Virus record (IMG/VR): IMGVR_UViG_3300033489_000012
Location: 1 to 52,859 of that record
Reading direction: 5' to 3' (one strand)
Length of the DNA stretch: 52,859 nucleotides
Source of the DNA: a virus
Lineage: Duplodnaviria > Caudoviricetes
Position 1 is the stretch's first letter. Each line of letters begins with the position of its first letter. The position numbers and the translations under genes are program-made. The notes under the pieces are model-generated. The model worked only from the letters and a program-made list of their open reading frames with translations, was not told the DNA's origin and made no database searches. Below are positions 1 through 9,435 of the stretch, piece by piece.

Positions 1-45
1 GGCTGAAATCCTGACGTTTTCGAGAGCGGTTTCGCATCACAAGAA

Positions 46-74
46 AAGATACGCAGAAGCCAGAAATTTGTCAA
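46..74 (-). promoter_or_regulatory. sigma70-type promoter pointing left, out of the window
   Basis: Minus strand reads TTGACA-17 nt-TATCTT. Confidence 0.6.
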
Positions 75-140
75 GAAAAATCAGCGACCAGAAAAATCAA
101 ACTGACCCACTACCAAAATCCTTCACCAATTCAAGTGATT

Positions 141-170
141 AGGGTCAACTGCAGTTGACCCTTTTTATTT
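141..170 (+). terminator. Intrinsic terminator / perfect palindrome
   Basis: AGGGTCAACTGCAGTTGACCCT (22-bp palindrome, 141-162) followed by TTTTATTT. Confidence 0.7.
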
Positions 171-222
171 CTTCCAAAGAGGGGGTCACACAAAATAGTT
201 GGGGAATTGCAGAAAAAATATC

Positions 223-252
223 TTGACATTGTTTTTGGAATAAGCTTTAAAT
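223..252 (+). promoter_or_regulatory. Candidate late promoter upstream of terS
   Basis: TTGACA at 223-228; the AT-rich -10 region (TTTAAAT) is non-canonical. Confidence 0.4.
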
Positions 253-381
253 AAAACGAAGGGACAATTCGAAGTCGTGAAAAGAATTATACGACAGAAC
301 TGTCCCTTCTGTCTTTAGAGGCCCCAGCGATTCCATAGGAAGGGACGCTGGGGCTTCGTTGTTTAGGAGAAAACATCCGAT

Positions 382-852
382 ATGCCTAACCCAAAGGGGA
401 ATAAACTAAAACAGAGAACCGAGTTAACACCGGAACGCTTGGAGAAATTCCTTATTGTACTGGCTGCGAATGGGGGAATGGTATCTCATGCTGCTAAAAA
501 TGTGCGGATATCGAGAACGGCTTTATATGAAAAACGGCGAGAAGATGAGGAATTCCGAAAGAAATGGGATGAAGCCCATCAACTGGGGATTGAAGTGCTG
601 GAGGATGAAGCCAAGAATCGTGCCCTGAACGGGACAAACAAACCAATTTATTATGAGGGGGAAGTGGTCGGGTTCAGCAAGGAAAAATCCGACACGCTCA
701 TGCGACTGATCCTTCAGGCATATAATCCAAAATATCGGGAGAAACATGAGATCACCGGAGCCGATGGAGGACCGTTGATATCCAAAGTTACGGTTTATCT
801 TCCAGACAACCAAAGAGGCAAAACTAAGCCAACAAAGGAGAAAGCCAGTTGA
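382..852 (+). CDS. terS: Terminase small subunit
   Basis: N-terminal HTH, LEDEAKNRA...SDTLMRLIL...HEITGADGGPL motifs; directly before terL; AGGAG RBS. Confidence 0.85.
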   Translation: MPNPKGNKLKQRTELTPERLEKFLIVLAANGGMVSHAAKNVRISRTALYEKRREDEEFRKKWDEAHQLGIEVLEDEAKNRALNGTNKPIYYEGEVVGFSKEKSDTLMRLILQAYNPKYREKHEITGADGGPLISKVTVYLPDNQRGKTKPTKEKAS

Positions 853-2231
853 CGATACCAGTGGAAGCGGCATTAATCGGGGAAGTCAAGGAGATCAGAC
901 CTCAACCCGGATCCCAGGAACGGTCGCTTGGCACTTCTGCCGATATCTCGGTTTACGGAGGAGCTGCTGGAGCTGGCAAAACGTTTTCGCTCTTAATGGA
1001 GCCTTTACGTCACATCGACAATCCCCGGTTCGGAGCCGTCATCTTCCGCAGAACTTATCCCCAAATTACCAATGAAGGGGGTCTGTGGGATACCTCGGCA
1101 GAAATTTATCCGCTTTGTGGCGGCATTCCTAAATCGGCTACAGCCGAGTGGATATTTCCCTCCGGCGCTAAGGTAAAATTTGCTCACATGCAGTATGAGG
1201 ACGATCGCTTCCAATGGGACGGAGCCCAGATCCCATTCATCGGGTTTGATCAATTAGAATCGTTCTCTTTCCGTCAATTTTTCTATATGCTTTCCCGAAA
1301 TAGATCCACCTGCGGAGTGGTTCCCTATATCCGGGCTACCTGTAACCCGGATCCAGATCATTGGCTCCGGCATTTTATGGCCTGGTGGATTGACGAGAAA
1401 ACCGGTCTTCCTATTATGGCTCGTTCCGGAGTGATCCGTTGGTTTGTGATTCTTAATAACGAAACGCATTGGGCCGACACGAAAGAGGAATTGACTGTAC
1501 GATTCGGAAAAACCACAAGACCGAAGAGTTTTACTTTTATCCCGGGTAATATCCGGGACAATCAGATTTTACTTACCCAAAATCCGGAATATCTGGCAAA
1601 CCTTCAAGCCCTTCCTCAAGTGGACATGGAGCGGTTATTGGGGGGTAACTGGAATGTGCGGGAGACGGCGGGAACGATCTTAAAAAGGATCTGGTTTGAG
1701 ATCGTGGAAGCGGCACCAGCCCTGGTCGATCATATCCGCTATTGGGATAGAGCCGGGACCGAGGCGAAGAAGGCGACGGCAAAGACCTCCTGGACTGCCG
1801 GTTGCCGGATGGGCAAGGATGCGAAGGGGGTTTATTACATCACCGGCATGGAGCGATTTCAGGGGCACCCCTTAGAAGTGGAACTATCCCTAAAAAATAC
1901 GGCTACGCAGGACGGAAGGGGGGTTAGGATTGGAATTGAGCAGGATCCGGCGCAAGCGGGAAAAATGGAGGCGCTTTACCAGGTGCGAAACTTAGCCGGT
2001 TATAATGTGATGGTCAACCCGGTGCGTGAATCCAAGGGGGCAAGGGTCAAACCGTTTTCGGCGCAGGCAAAGGCGGGGAACGTCAAATTGGTCCGCGGAC
2101 AATGGAATGAGGATTTCCTCCGGGAAGCGGAGAATTTTGACGGGACGGAAGATTGCGTTTCGGATCAAATCGATGCTTGTAGCGGGGCATTTCTACTCTT
2201 AACCTCGGTTAAAATGGCGGGGGTATGGTGA
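849..2231 (+). CDS. terL: Terminase large subunit
   Basis: Walker A GGAAGAGKT, IGFDQL Walker B variant, ATCNP motif III, C-terminal nuclease (YWD, DQIDA). Confidence 0.95.
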   Translation: MTIPVEAALIGEVKEIRPQPGSQERSLGTSADISVYGGAAGAGKTFSLLMEPLRHIDNPRFGAVIFRRTYPQITNEGGLWDTSAEIYPLCGGIPKSATAEWIFPSGAKVKFAHMQYEDDRFQWDGAQIPFIGFDQLESFSFRQFFYMLSRNRSTCGVVPYIRATCNPDPDHWLRHFMAWWIDEKTGLPIMARSGVIRWFVILNNETHWADTKEELTVRFGKTTRPKSFTFIPGNIRDNQILLTQNPEYLANLQALPQVDMERLLGGNWNVRETAGTILKRIWFEIVEAAPALVDHIRYWDRAGTEAKKATAKTSWTAGCRMGKDAKGVYYITGMERFQGHPLEVELSLKNTATQDGRGVRIGIEQDPAQAGKMEALYQVRNLAGYNVMVNPVRESKGARVKPFSAQAKAGNVKLVRGQWNEDFLREAENFDGTEDCVSDQIDACSGAFLLLTSVKMAGVW

Positions 2232-2250
2232 GATGAAAGGAGGGCTATAA

Positions 2251-2610
2251 GTGGAAATAGCATTACGGGATTTAATGACTTTCTTCATCGGCATCATAGG
2301 GATAGCGGTCGGTTATGGGATATTAAAGCAACAGGCAAAAACAAGCATCGACGACATAAAGAAGATCAAAGAATGTCTTTCCGTTATCGATGGGAGCCAT
2401 CCGGATAGCAAGGGAGTGTCCATCTTTATTAAGCGGAACGAATGCGAGGAAAAAGAAGAAGAGAATGTGAGGCAGATCGGAGAGATAAAATTGAGATTAG
2501 ACGGACAACATAAGGCATTGAAAGGGTTGCAGAATTTTGCCAGGCACCAACTAGAGACAGAGAAATTGTCACTTATCGAAATCAACAAAATTCTTAACGG
2601 AGATGGTTGA
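2251..2610 (+). CDS. Small membrane-anchored coiled-coil protein
   Basis: N-terminal hydrophobic helix, good RBS, overlaps the portal start. Confidence 0.6.
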   Translation: MEIALRDLMTFFIGIIGIAVGYGILKQQAKTSIDDIKKIKECLSVIDGSHPDSKGVSIFIKRNECEEKEEENVRQIGEIKLRLDGQHKALKGLQNFARHQLETEKLSLIEINKILNGDG

Positions 2611-3992
2611 TGGCGGAAAAGAAATCCGATACAAAGACGGCTAAAAAAGAAGCTCTCACCGCGAATGAGAAGGCGGTACTGCTTCATGCCTTATCCTCCG
2701 CCATGCAGATTCGGGCGGAGATCGCTTCCCGGCTGGGTAAATCCTTCGGGGACAAACGGGATCTATACGAAACTCTCGGCTACAGTAAAACTCCGAGCTT
2801 CAACGATTACATGGCTTGTTATGAGAGACAAGACATTGCCAAAGCCATTATCGACAAACCGGTGGAGGCATGCTGGGGAAAACCTCCCGAGATCAGCGAA
2901 TCACTGGAAAAGCAGACCGAATTTGAGACGGCATGGACAGATCTTAACAACAGGATTAAAATCTGGCATTATCTCTCCAGGGTTGACCAGCTGGCGAGTA
3001 TCGGAGAATACGCGGTTCTTTTGATGGGATTTGACGATAGCGGCGGATTCGATAAGGCGGTTACCGGGAAGCCCAAGTTGCTTTATCTTTGTCCGTATTC
3101 TCAAGCAGATACGGAAATTTCCGAATACGAGAAGAATCCGAAGAACGAACGCTTTGGCCTTCCCTTAATTTATTCGATTAAAATGAGATCGGGGATATTG
3201 TCAGAAGGGAGCACTTCAAAAGACGTGCACTGGTCCCGGGTTATTCATGTGGCACAGGGGTGTTTGCAAAACGATGTTTTCGGCACTCCGCAGTTAAGAT
3301 CGGTCTTGAACCGGCTGCAGGATTTAGATAAGATTCTGGGTGGATCGGCGGAGATGTTCTGGAGAGGGGCATGGGGGGGACTAAATTTTAAGTTGGACCC
3401 AGATGCAAATCTATCGGAGCCACAAAAGACCGATATGATAGACGAAATCGAGAAATATATTCACCGACTGCAAAGATACATCCGGACCGTGGGGGTGGAT
3501 GTGCAGGAGCTGGGGGGAACGGTAGCGGACCCGGCGAGCCATGTGGATGCACAACTAACCTTGATTTCGGCGGCAACTGGAATACCGAAAAGAATTCTGC
3601 TCGGATCGGAGCGGGGGGAATTGGCATCCAGCCAAGACGAAAAATCATGGATGGATCAGGTAGATCAGAGACGGAAATTATACTGCGAATCGTTCATCCT
3701 TCGACCCCTTATTGATCGGTTAATCAAATTGAAAGCTTTATCCACACCCCAAAAGGGCTATCAGTGCATTTGGCCCGATCTGATGCAGTCAAGTGAAAAG
3801 GAAAAGGCGGAGGTCGGGGAGATAAAGTCGAGGACGCTGGGGAATTATGCTAACTCGATTGGAGCCGATACGGTGGTCCCCCGGGAGACATTCCTGACCG
3901 ACATCATGGGGATGAGCAAGGAGAAGGTGGAGCAGATAGACAAAATACTGGAAGGAAGTTACGAAGATGAAGATGCAGATGCAGATGAATAG
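2607..3992 (+). CDS. Portal protein (DUF1073 type)
   Basis: Position after terL; VHWSRVIH and TGIPKRILLGSERGELASSQD motifs. Confidence 0.9.
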   Translation: MMAEKKSDTKTAKKEALTANEKAVLLHALSSAMQIRAEIASRLGKSFGDKRDLYETLGYSKTPSFNDYMACYERQDIAKAIIDKPVEACWGKPPEISESLEKQTEFETAWTDLNNRIKIWHYLSRVDQLASIGEYAVLLMGFDDSGGFDKAVTGKPKLLYLCPYSQADTEISEYEKNPKNERFGLPLIYSIKMRSGILSEGSTSKDVHWSRVIHVAQGCLQNDVFGTPQLRSVLNRLQDLDKILGGSAEMFWRGAWGGLNFKLDPDANLSEPQKTDMIDEIEKYIHRLQRYIRTVGVDVQELGGTVADPASHVDAQLTLISAATGIPKRILLGSERGELASSQDEKSWMDQVDQRRKLYCESFILRPLIDRLIKLKALSTPQKGYQCIWPDLMQSSEKEKAEVGEIKSRTLGNYANSIGADTVVPRETFLTDIMGMSKEKVEQIDKILEGSYEDEDADADE

Positions 3993-4422
3993 GCGCAGCT
4001 TTTTGTTTTCTTTTATTTTGTCTTGTTTGGGCGTTCTTTTCGCCAAGATTGCTTTGGGTGAAAACCGGATCACAGATTGCAAGGATTGCCGGGGGGACTA
4101 TGCCTGTTGCAAGGGCATAGAGAATCCGGATGGCTTGTTTCATATCCCTGTTTTTGGTTGGGAGCGGGACATCCTGATCGAACAGGGGGGGTTGGGGGGT
4201 GTTAAGGTCGGACATTTCGAGGATTTCGGGGCAGGTATTTTTATCTGGCATAGCGAGTCAAGGGATTGCCCCTTCTTAAAAGACAATAGATGTTTGATAT
4301 ACGATAAACGTCCGAAGCCATGTAGGGTTTATTATTGTGATGACTGGAAATTAACGGAAGCGGAGCGGTTAAAAATCGAACAGAAAGTAGACGGGGAGTG
4401 GAATGAGAATACTTGTAAGTAG
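3985..4422 (+). CDS. YkgJ-family cysteine-cluster protein with twin-arginine-like leader
   Basis: CxxC...CC and CPFL...CLIYDKRPxxCRxY motifs; N-terminus MNRRSFL plus hydrophobic stretch (start moved to 3985). Confidence 0.75.
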   Translation: MNRRSFLFSFILSCLGVLFAKIALGENRITDCKDCRGDYACCKGIENPDGLFHIPVFGWERDILIEQGGLGGVKVGHFEDFGAGIFIWHSESRDCPFLKDNRCLIYDKRPKPCRVYYCDDWKLTEAERLKIEQKVDGEWNENTCK

Positions 4423-5083
4423 TATACTTTTGCTTCTGCTATTTAATCTTGGTTGGGGAGACCATGAGACTATCCGTCCGACCAAAGAGAGGGGAGAGTC
4501 GGGTTGGGCTTGTACAGGCGGGGGATGCAGTGATTCAACGGCGGTAAGCGATCAAAGTGATTTAACCTATGTCTCTGCTTCTACGATTGGTTTTGAATCC
4601 GGTTTTGCCCTTACCGACTTCATTATTCAGCAAGGTTTTGACAGCTTGCAAATCTTTGTTAGAGCCAATAGTAGTACGGCAGGGAATACCATAGCTTTGG
4701 GTTGGGGATGCTTTGAGACTGAATTTGGGGAAAATCACTGGGCAGTTTGTAACGGTATTTGTTTTTACGATACGGGGGAACAGGGAGAATGCAGTGGGGC
4801 AGATACGGTAACGCTTGGAACTTTGATCTCGAATTTCTGGGTGATAACCCTAACTTATGATCCCAGTGTAGGATTGCCCTGGGATACGACCCATTTTAAT
4901 AATAGTACGTATCCGTATTGGCATAGTAGTCTGCTCAATTTAGAATGCACAACGGTAGGAAGCAAGCAGGTAAATTACGTCTACGAAATTTGGGCGGAGA
5001 GATGGTGGACGCCGGAGGCAGTGCCTGAAAATAAAAATATAGAAAGACGGATGAGAAATTTAAGGGAATCTACAAATAAATAA
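4403..5083 (+). CDS. Putative exported protein, Cys-containing
   Basis: Sec-type signal MRILVSSILLLLLFNLGWG; beta-rich mature region. Confidence 0.65.
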   Translation: MRILVSSILLLLLFNLGWGDHETIRPTKERGESGWACTGGGCSDSTAVSDQSDLTYVSASTIGFESGFALTDFIIQQGFDSLQIFVRANSSTAGNTIALGWGCFETEFGENHWAVCNGICFYDTGEQGECSGADTVTLGTLISNFWVITLTYDPSVGLPWDTTHFNNSTYPYWHSSLLNLECTTVGSKQVNYVYEIWAERWWTPEAVPENKNIERRMRNLRESTNK

Positions 5084-5096
5084 CGGGAGAGTTTTT

Positions 5097-6638
5097 ATGA
5101 AAAGAGTATGTTATTTTGTTGTTTTATTGATCTTGTTTTTAGGGATTAGTTCTGCTTTTGGGTATTTCGGTGAATTCGGAGATGGGACGTCTCCTTCCGA
5201 TACTGTCCGGTTAAGTTTTTGCACTTGGGATTCCTCCGGTCATGGGGCTAATGCCGATACCGTTGAATGGAAGCGGTTTTGGCATGGTGTTTTGATTGAC
5301 AGCACAAGAGACGCAGCGAACACCTATTTAATAAGACCCGGAATGTACTCGTTACCAAAAAGAGCTTATTCTCCGGGAAAGTATGGAGAGTATGAGGTTT
5401 ATTTTTGGTTTAACTATATAGACAAAGATCAGAGAGTTTACCAGTCTGATAGTTATACCGTTAGACAGGGTGATTTAAAACCAATGGCGGTTAATGTATC
5501 GGCAGACCATGTAAAAGCTTCAAATTATTTTTATGCTCCCAATGCAGCTTATTATGATTCAACGCCAACACAGCGATCTACAGGAGAAGCGTTACATCCT
5601 GATGTTGTATATGATCCCAATGGTTGGAAAGGACATAAATTTTGGATGGCATTTACGCCTTATGGGGATGAACCGGAAGACCCGCAGATTCTTGTAAGTG
5701 ATGATGGAAGAAATTGGAAGTTTCCACGGGCTTACTATGTTTATGTAGATTCTGCTGAAGATAGTAGAATGTTTGCTGATCCGGATTTAATCTGGGATGC
5801 AAGACAAGATACGCTATGGTGTTTTTATACTCGGCTTATTCAAACCGTTGAAGAGACTACTTATGTATGTCAAAAAGCTTCTGTTGATGGTGTTACTTGG
5901 GGTGGTCGCATATTAACTTGGAAAAATACTGGTTTAGGGATTATGAACCCCTCTTTGGTATATGATCCAAGTAGTGCTCAATATAGAATGTATTATGTTC
6001 GAGGTTTTACCGGCACTTCGAAACTATACTACAAAGATAATCCTATTTTAGGGGGAACGGGTTGGTCAAGTGCCGATACTATCCCTTGTATTATTCCACA
6101 TATTGCTGGTAAAAAACTTTGGCATCTAAACGTAAATAAAGTTTGGGATGGTTATCACGGCTTCTTTTTAGAATGTGATTCTACTACCAGTGGGTCGGAG
6201 GGGGTTTTGTATTTTGCTAAAAGTTCCGATGGAATAACGTGGACAATAGACGATATTCCACTTTTGACCAAAGGCAAAGCTGCTGCTTGGGATTCTAACT
6301 GGGTTTATCAGGCTTCAGCTGTTCCTTTGACAAGAAATGGTATCTTGACTTATGGTTTATGGTATTCTGCCCAGGGCGGTTTAAATAATGAGTTTCATAT
6401 AGGGTACACAGAACTTAAATTCTTGGCTGATTTAAACAATATATATGCGATAAAAAATAAGACCGAAGATTTATCGAATTTTTTGGGGGCAGAATCCGGA
6501 GATACGATTGTCTTTTATCCTACCGATGGTTCGGCAAATAAGGATAGTTGCGCAGTCTTTCATAACGGATGGAAAAGGAGCTTGAGCTTTGGTCACAGCA
6601 ATAATCCGGCGGTCATTGATACTACTTTTACTCGTTAG
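5097..6638 (+). CDS. Putative exported protein with glycoside-hydrolase-like beta-propeller domain
   Basis: Signal peptide; HPDVVY..WMAFTPY..EDPQILVSDDGRNW; Asp-box-like SVDGVTW and SSDGITW repeats. Confidence 0.7.
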   Translation: MKRVCYFVVLLILFLGISSAFGYFGEFGDGTSPSDTVRLSFCTWDSSGHGANADTVEWKRFWHGVLIDSTRDAANTYLIRPGMYSLPKRAYSPGKYGEYEVYFWFNYIDKDQRVYQSDSYTVRQGDLKPMAVNVSADHVKASNYFYAPNAAYYDSTPTQRSTGEALHPDVVYDPNGWKGHKFWMAFTPYGDEPEDPQILVSDDGRNWKFPRAYYVYVDSAEDSRMFADPDLIWDARQDTLWCFYTRLIQTVEETTYVCQKASVDGVTWGGRILTWKNTGLGIMNPSLVYDPSSAQYRMYYVRGFTGTSKLYYKDNPILGGTGWSSADTIPCIIPHIAGKKLWHLNVNKVWDGYHGFFLECDSTTSGSEGVLYFAKSSDGITWTIDDIPLLTKGKAAAWDSNWVYQASAVPLTRNGILTYGLWYSAQGGLNNEFHIGYTELKFLADLNNIYAIKNKTEDLSNFLGAESGDTIVFYPTDGSANKDSCAVFHNGWKRSLSFGHSNNPAVIDTTFTR

Positions 6639-6912
6639 TCTATTTTTAGTCTCGATCTGCTTCGGAGATATGAGGGTTCCAGGAGACTGGAGATTTAGAA
6701 CTTCGTTTAATAGAGACTGGAGATTCCAGGATTCAGGGGTTGCCGGGGGAACCATTCCTCAGCCAGCCCGGATTTACGATAACGGAGCGATTGCCAAGAT
6801 TTTTGATAATGGAATGATTTTTCAAATCTTTAAATATTGGCAGATAAGAGAGGAACAAAACGGCGTCATTTTTCTGAAAGCAAACGGAGATATGGTCAAA
6901 ATCAATCCTTAA
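6589..6912 (+). CDS. Small putative exported protein
   Basis: Hydrophobic leader; internal short repeats (DWRF x2, xDNGxI x2). Confidence 0.55.
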   Translation: MVTAIIRRSLILLLLVSLFLVSICFGDMRVPGDWRFRTSFNRDWRFQDSGVAGGTIPQPARIYDNGAIAKIFDNGMIFQIFKYWQIREEQNGVIFLKANGDMVKINP

Positions 6913-6925
6913 AAAGGAGGTTTAG

Positions 6926-8179
6926 GTGGCGATATTTAAGAGCATTCCGGAAAAACTGAGACTGCTTCTAATGCTCGTCGTTGCGGTTTCAGTCTTGTGG
7001 GTCCCGGTTTGGGCGGTGATAAACCGAATAACCGGATCGAATATCATCGACGGAAACGGGCTCCGGTTCGGAACGGCAGTTGGGGGAAAGGATTCGCTGG
7101 TAGTCTTGCCGGGATACACGATGTTATTTGACGGCGATTCGGTAGAGATTGACACAACCAACCTGAAATCCTTGTTCGCTAATTATTTTGTGACCCTTGG
7201 AACCATTCAAGATATCGGCGGGGTAAAACATTTTACCGATACCTTGGCAACAGGCACCCAGGGGACGGACGGAATTTTTAAGATTTATTCGGAACAGGGC
7301 GGAACCGATTTTGGGATTGTTTTTAAACCTCATGCTACGATGACACAGACAACGGTTTATCTCTGGCCTGCCAATGATGGGGATGCGAGTCAATTTCTAC
7401 AAAGTGACGGAGCGGGGAATCTTACCTGGGCAACGCCTTCGGGATCAGGGGATATGTTAAAAGCGACCTATGATGTATTAGAATCCGGAGTCGTGGATGA
7501 TGTTGACACCATTGGGACGCAGATAGCGGCTGCGCTGTCTTACAGAACCACTCCGGCAGCGGTTTCCGCCTTACTGGGTGATTCACTTGGGGACTATCTT
7601 ACCTCTACTGTCATAGCTGCGTGGATTGGAGATTCCCTGGGAGATTATTTGACGGCAACAGCCATAGGTGCGATACTAAGCGATTCAATGTGGAACCCCA
7701 CATTCTTGCCTCGAAATAATAGCCTGGCGATCGGTGAAGGTTTGGATGATAGTGTTAGCGTTTTATATCCCTTAAGATCAGGAGTTATCAGCTGGGCAGT
7801 GAAACATATAAACGAATCGGGCGCGGCCGCCGACCAAATGGATACCGTAGTTTTCAGCTGGATATTGCCGGCAGGCGTGCCGGATGTGGATTCGATCACT
7901 TTTAATTTGAGAACATCGAGTGCGGATACCGCTGTCAGCGGTCTAAGAGTGAGGTGCTTCAAGCAGACGGCAGAATTGGGAGCGAAGACCGCACTTACCG
8001 CCACACTGATAGGATTCTTTACGGCTACAGATGCCTGGGAGCATAAAACCATCGCGGGAGCAAGCATCGGAGCGATTGCCGGAGGGAATGAATTGTCTAT
8101 TGAGATGTGCGTCCAGACAGATGCGGCTGCGGTAGTTTGGCATGACGAGCCAAAGGTTTGGTGCATGAATAAACAGTAA
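6926..8179 (+). CDS. Tail-fibre-like protein with signal peptide
   Basis: Leader ending VPVWA; WPANDGDASQFLQSDGAGNLTWAT and GSGDMLKATYD motifs typical of phage fibres; GDSLGDYLT repeats. Confidence 0.6.
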   Translation: MAIFKSIPEKLRLLLMLVVAVSVLWVPVWAVINRITGSNIIDGNGLRFGTAVGGKDSLVVLPGYTMLFDGDSVEIDTTNLKSLFANYFVTLGTIQDIGGVKHFTDTLATGTQGTDGIFKIYSEQGGTDFGIVFKPHATMTQTTVYLWPANDGDASQFLQSDGAGNLTWATPSGSGDMLKATYDVLESGVVDDVDTIGTQIAAALSYRTTPAAVSALLGDSLGDYLTSTVIAAWIGDSLGDYLTATAIGAILSDSMWNPTFLPRNNSLAIGEGLDDSVSVLYPLRSGVISWAVKHINESGAAADQMDTVVFSWILPAGVPDVDSITFNLRTSSADTAVSGLRVRCFKQTAELGAKTALTATLIGFFTATDAWEHKTIAGASIGAIAGGNELSIEMCVQTDAAAVVWHDEPKVWCMNKQ

Positions 8180-8189
8180 TCGGAGCTAC

Positions 8190-9224
8190 ATGAAGAAAAT
8201 CCTAATAATGATTGGCCTTGTGATCTCGTTATGTTCCAGTCTGCCAGCGCAGACCATAACACTCAGGGATACTCTTTTTCTTTCCAAAGCCACCCATATG
8301 AATGACGACCTGGCAAGCTGGGATTCGGTCTTCGTTAAGATCATGCGGGGATCGGTTCTGGTTTCGAGAATCAAATTAACCGAAGGGGACAGCGGGGAAT
8401 ATGCCGGTGTATATAAACCAACTTATAGCGGCGATTTTGTGGCGCAATACTATGCCGTCTATGCGGGGGAGATCATCAGAGAGGAGGAATATTTTAGCGT
8501 TTTGGATACTACCGCATTCATGGGATCGGCGGCGGGATTAACGGCGCAGGAGATAGTTGACTCTCTGGTTGGCCGAGGATGGTTCCCGGGGACGGGGGCG
8601 TATGCATGTACGGTCCAGGTAAGGGATAGTTCGGCAGAAGCTGGGATAAATGCCGTTCATGTGATTATTAGAAATAATGATCAATCGGCTACGATAAGAC
8701 ATGGCTGGACCAATGCCGATGGGAAAGTGTGGTTCGCCCTGGATTCGCTCGGGACAGGGGCAAGTTACAAACCCTGGCTATTACAACTGGGCTATAATTT
8801 TGTCTTCCCGGAGACAATGGATGTGCGCGGGCCCGATACATGGACGTTTTACGGCACCGCTTTTGACTGGGGAGGACCACCGCCCGATTCACAAACTATG
8901 GTGGCGGGACAGATATTTGATTTAACCTTAGATAGTCTTTCCGGGGTGAAGGTATCGGCAAAACTTTATATTCCGGCCGGCGGGATTTTGCATTACCATG
9001 AACATCCGATAACGCCATTCGAGGTTGTAGATACCACCGGGGCGGATGGAAAGTTTAGATTGAATCTACTTTCCAACGATTTGCTCTGGCCGCAGCCGAA
9101 TCATTATATTTTTAATTTCATATACCCGGCGACTAAAGACGGGAAGTTTTTCATTAAGGCGGACACCGTGGATGTGCCGTACAGCGCCACGGCGGTTGAA
9201 TACGGAACTTTGAAGGGGTGGTAA
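8190..9224 (+). CDS. Putative exported beta-sandwich protein (carboxypeptidase-regulatory/prealbumin-like domains)
   Basis: Signal MKKILIMIGLVISLCSSLPA; repeated TNADGK and TTGADGKF motifs. Confidence 0.65.
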   Translation: MKKILIMIGLVISLCSSLPAQTITLRDTLFLSKATHMNDDLASWDSVFVKIMRGSVLVSRIKLTEGDSGEYAGVYKPTYSGDFVAQYYAVYAGEIIREEEYFSVLDTTAFMGSAAGLTAQEIVDSLVGRGWFPGTGAYACTVQVRDSSAEAGINAVHVIIRNNDQSATIRHGWTNADGKVWFALDSLGTGASYKPWLLQLGYNFVFPETMDVRGPDTWTFYGTAFDWGGPPPDSQTMVAGQIFDLTLDSLSGVKVSAKLYIPAGGILHYHEHPITPFEVVDTTGADGKFRLNLLSNDLLWPQPNHYIFNFIYPATKDGKFFIKADTVDVPYSATAVEYGTLKGW

Positions 9225-9225
9225 C

Positions 9226-9435
9226 TTGAAAATCGAAATATGCATAGGGAACACGATAAAAAGAGTTGACAAATCCGTGATACCCTATTTACTTTACCTG
9301 TGTGATTCAAGCGAGAAGGAATTGACCGGTAAGACCGCTTTTGAGCTCAACTGGTTCAAGGGCGGGATAACGAATATGAACCGAAACAAAAATCCTCTAT
9401 CTGGGGTGGAGGAAACGGAGAGCGTGAGGTTATGA
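9226..9435 (+). CDS. Small protein, possibly DUF2292/YezD-like
   Basis: 69 aa; TGKxxFELNWxxGGI and C-terminal ExxxRL pattern; resemblance recalled, not searched. Confidence 0.45.
   Translation: MKIEICIGNTIKRVDKSVIPYLLYLCDSSEKELTGKTAFELNWFKGGITNMNRNKNPLSGVEETESVRL

Noticed and set aside
3963-3989. GAAGAT/GCAGAT hexamer repeat
   Set aside because: Simply encodes the acidic portal tail (EDEDADADE) and creates spurious upstream ATGs for the next ORF
2607-3992. Anti-CBASS Acb1 label sometimes attached to this family
   Set aside because: Position and motifs indicate a portal; no HxT phosphoesterase domain is visible
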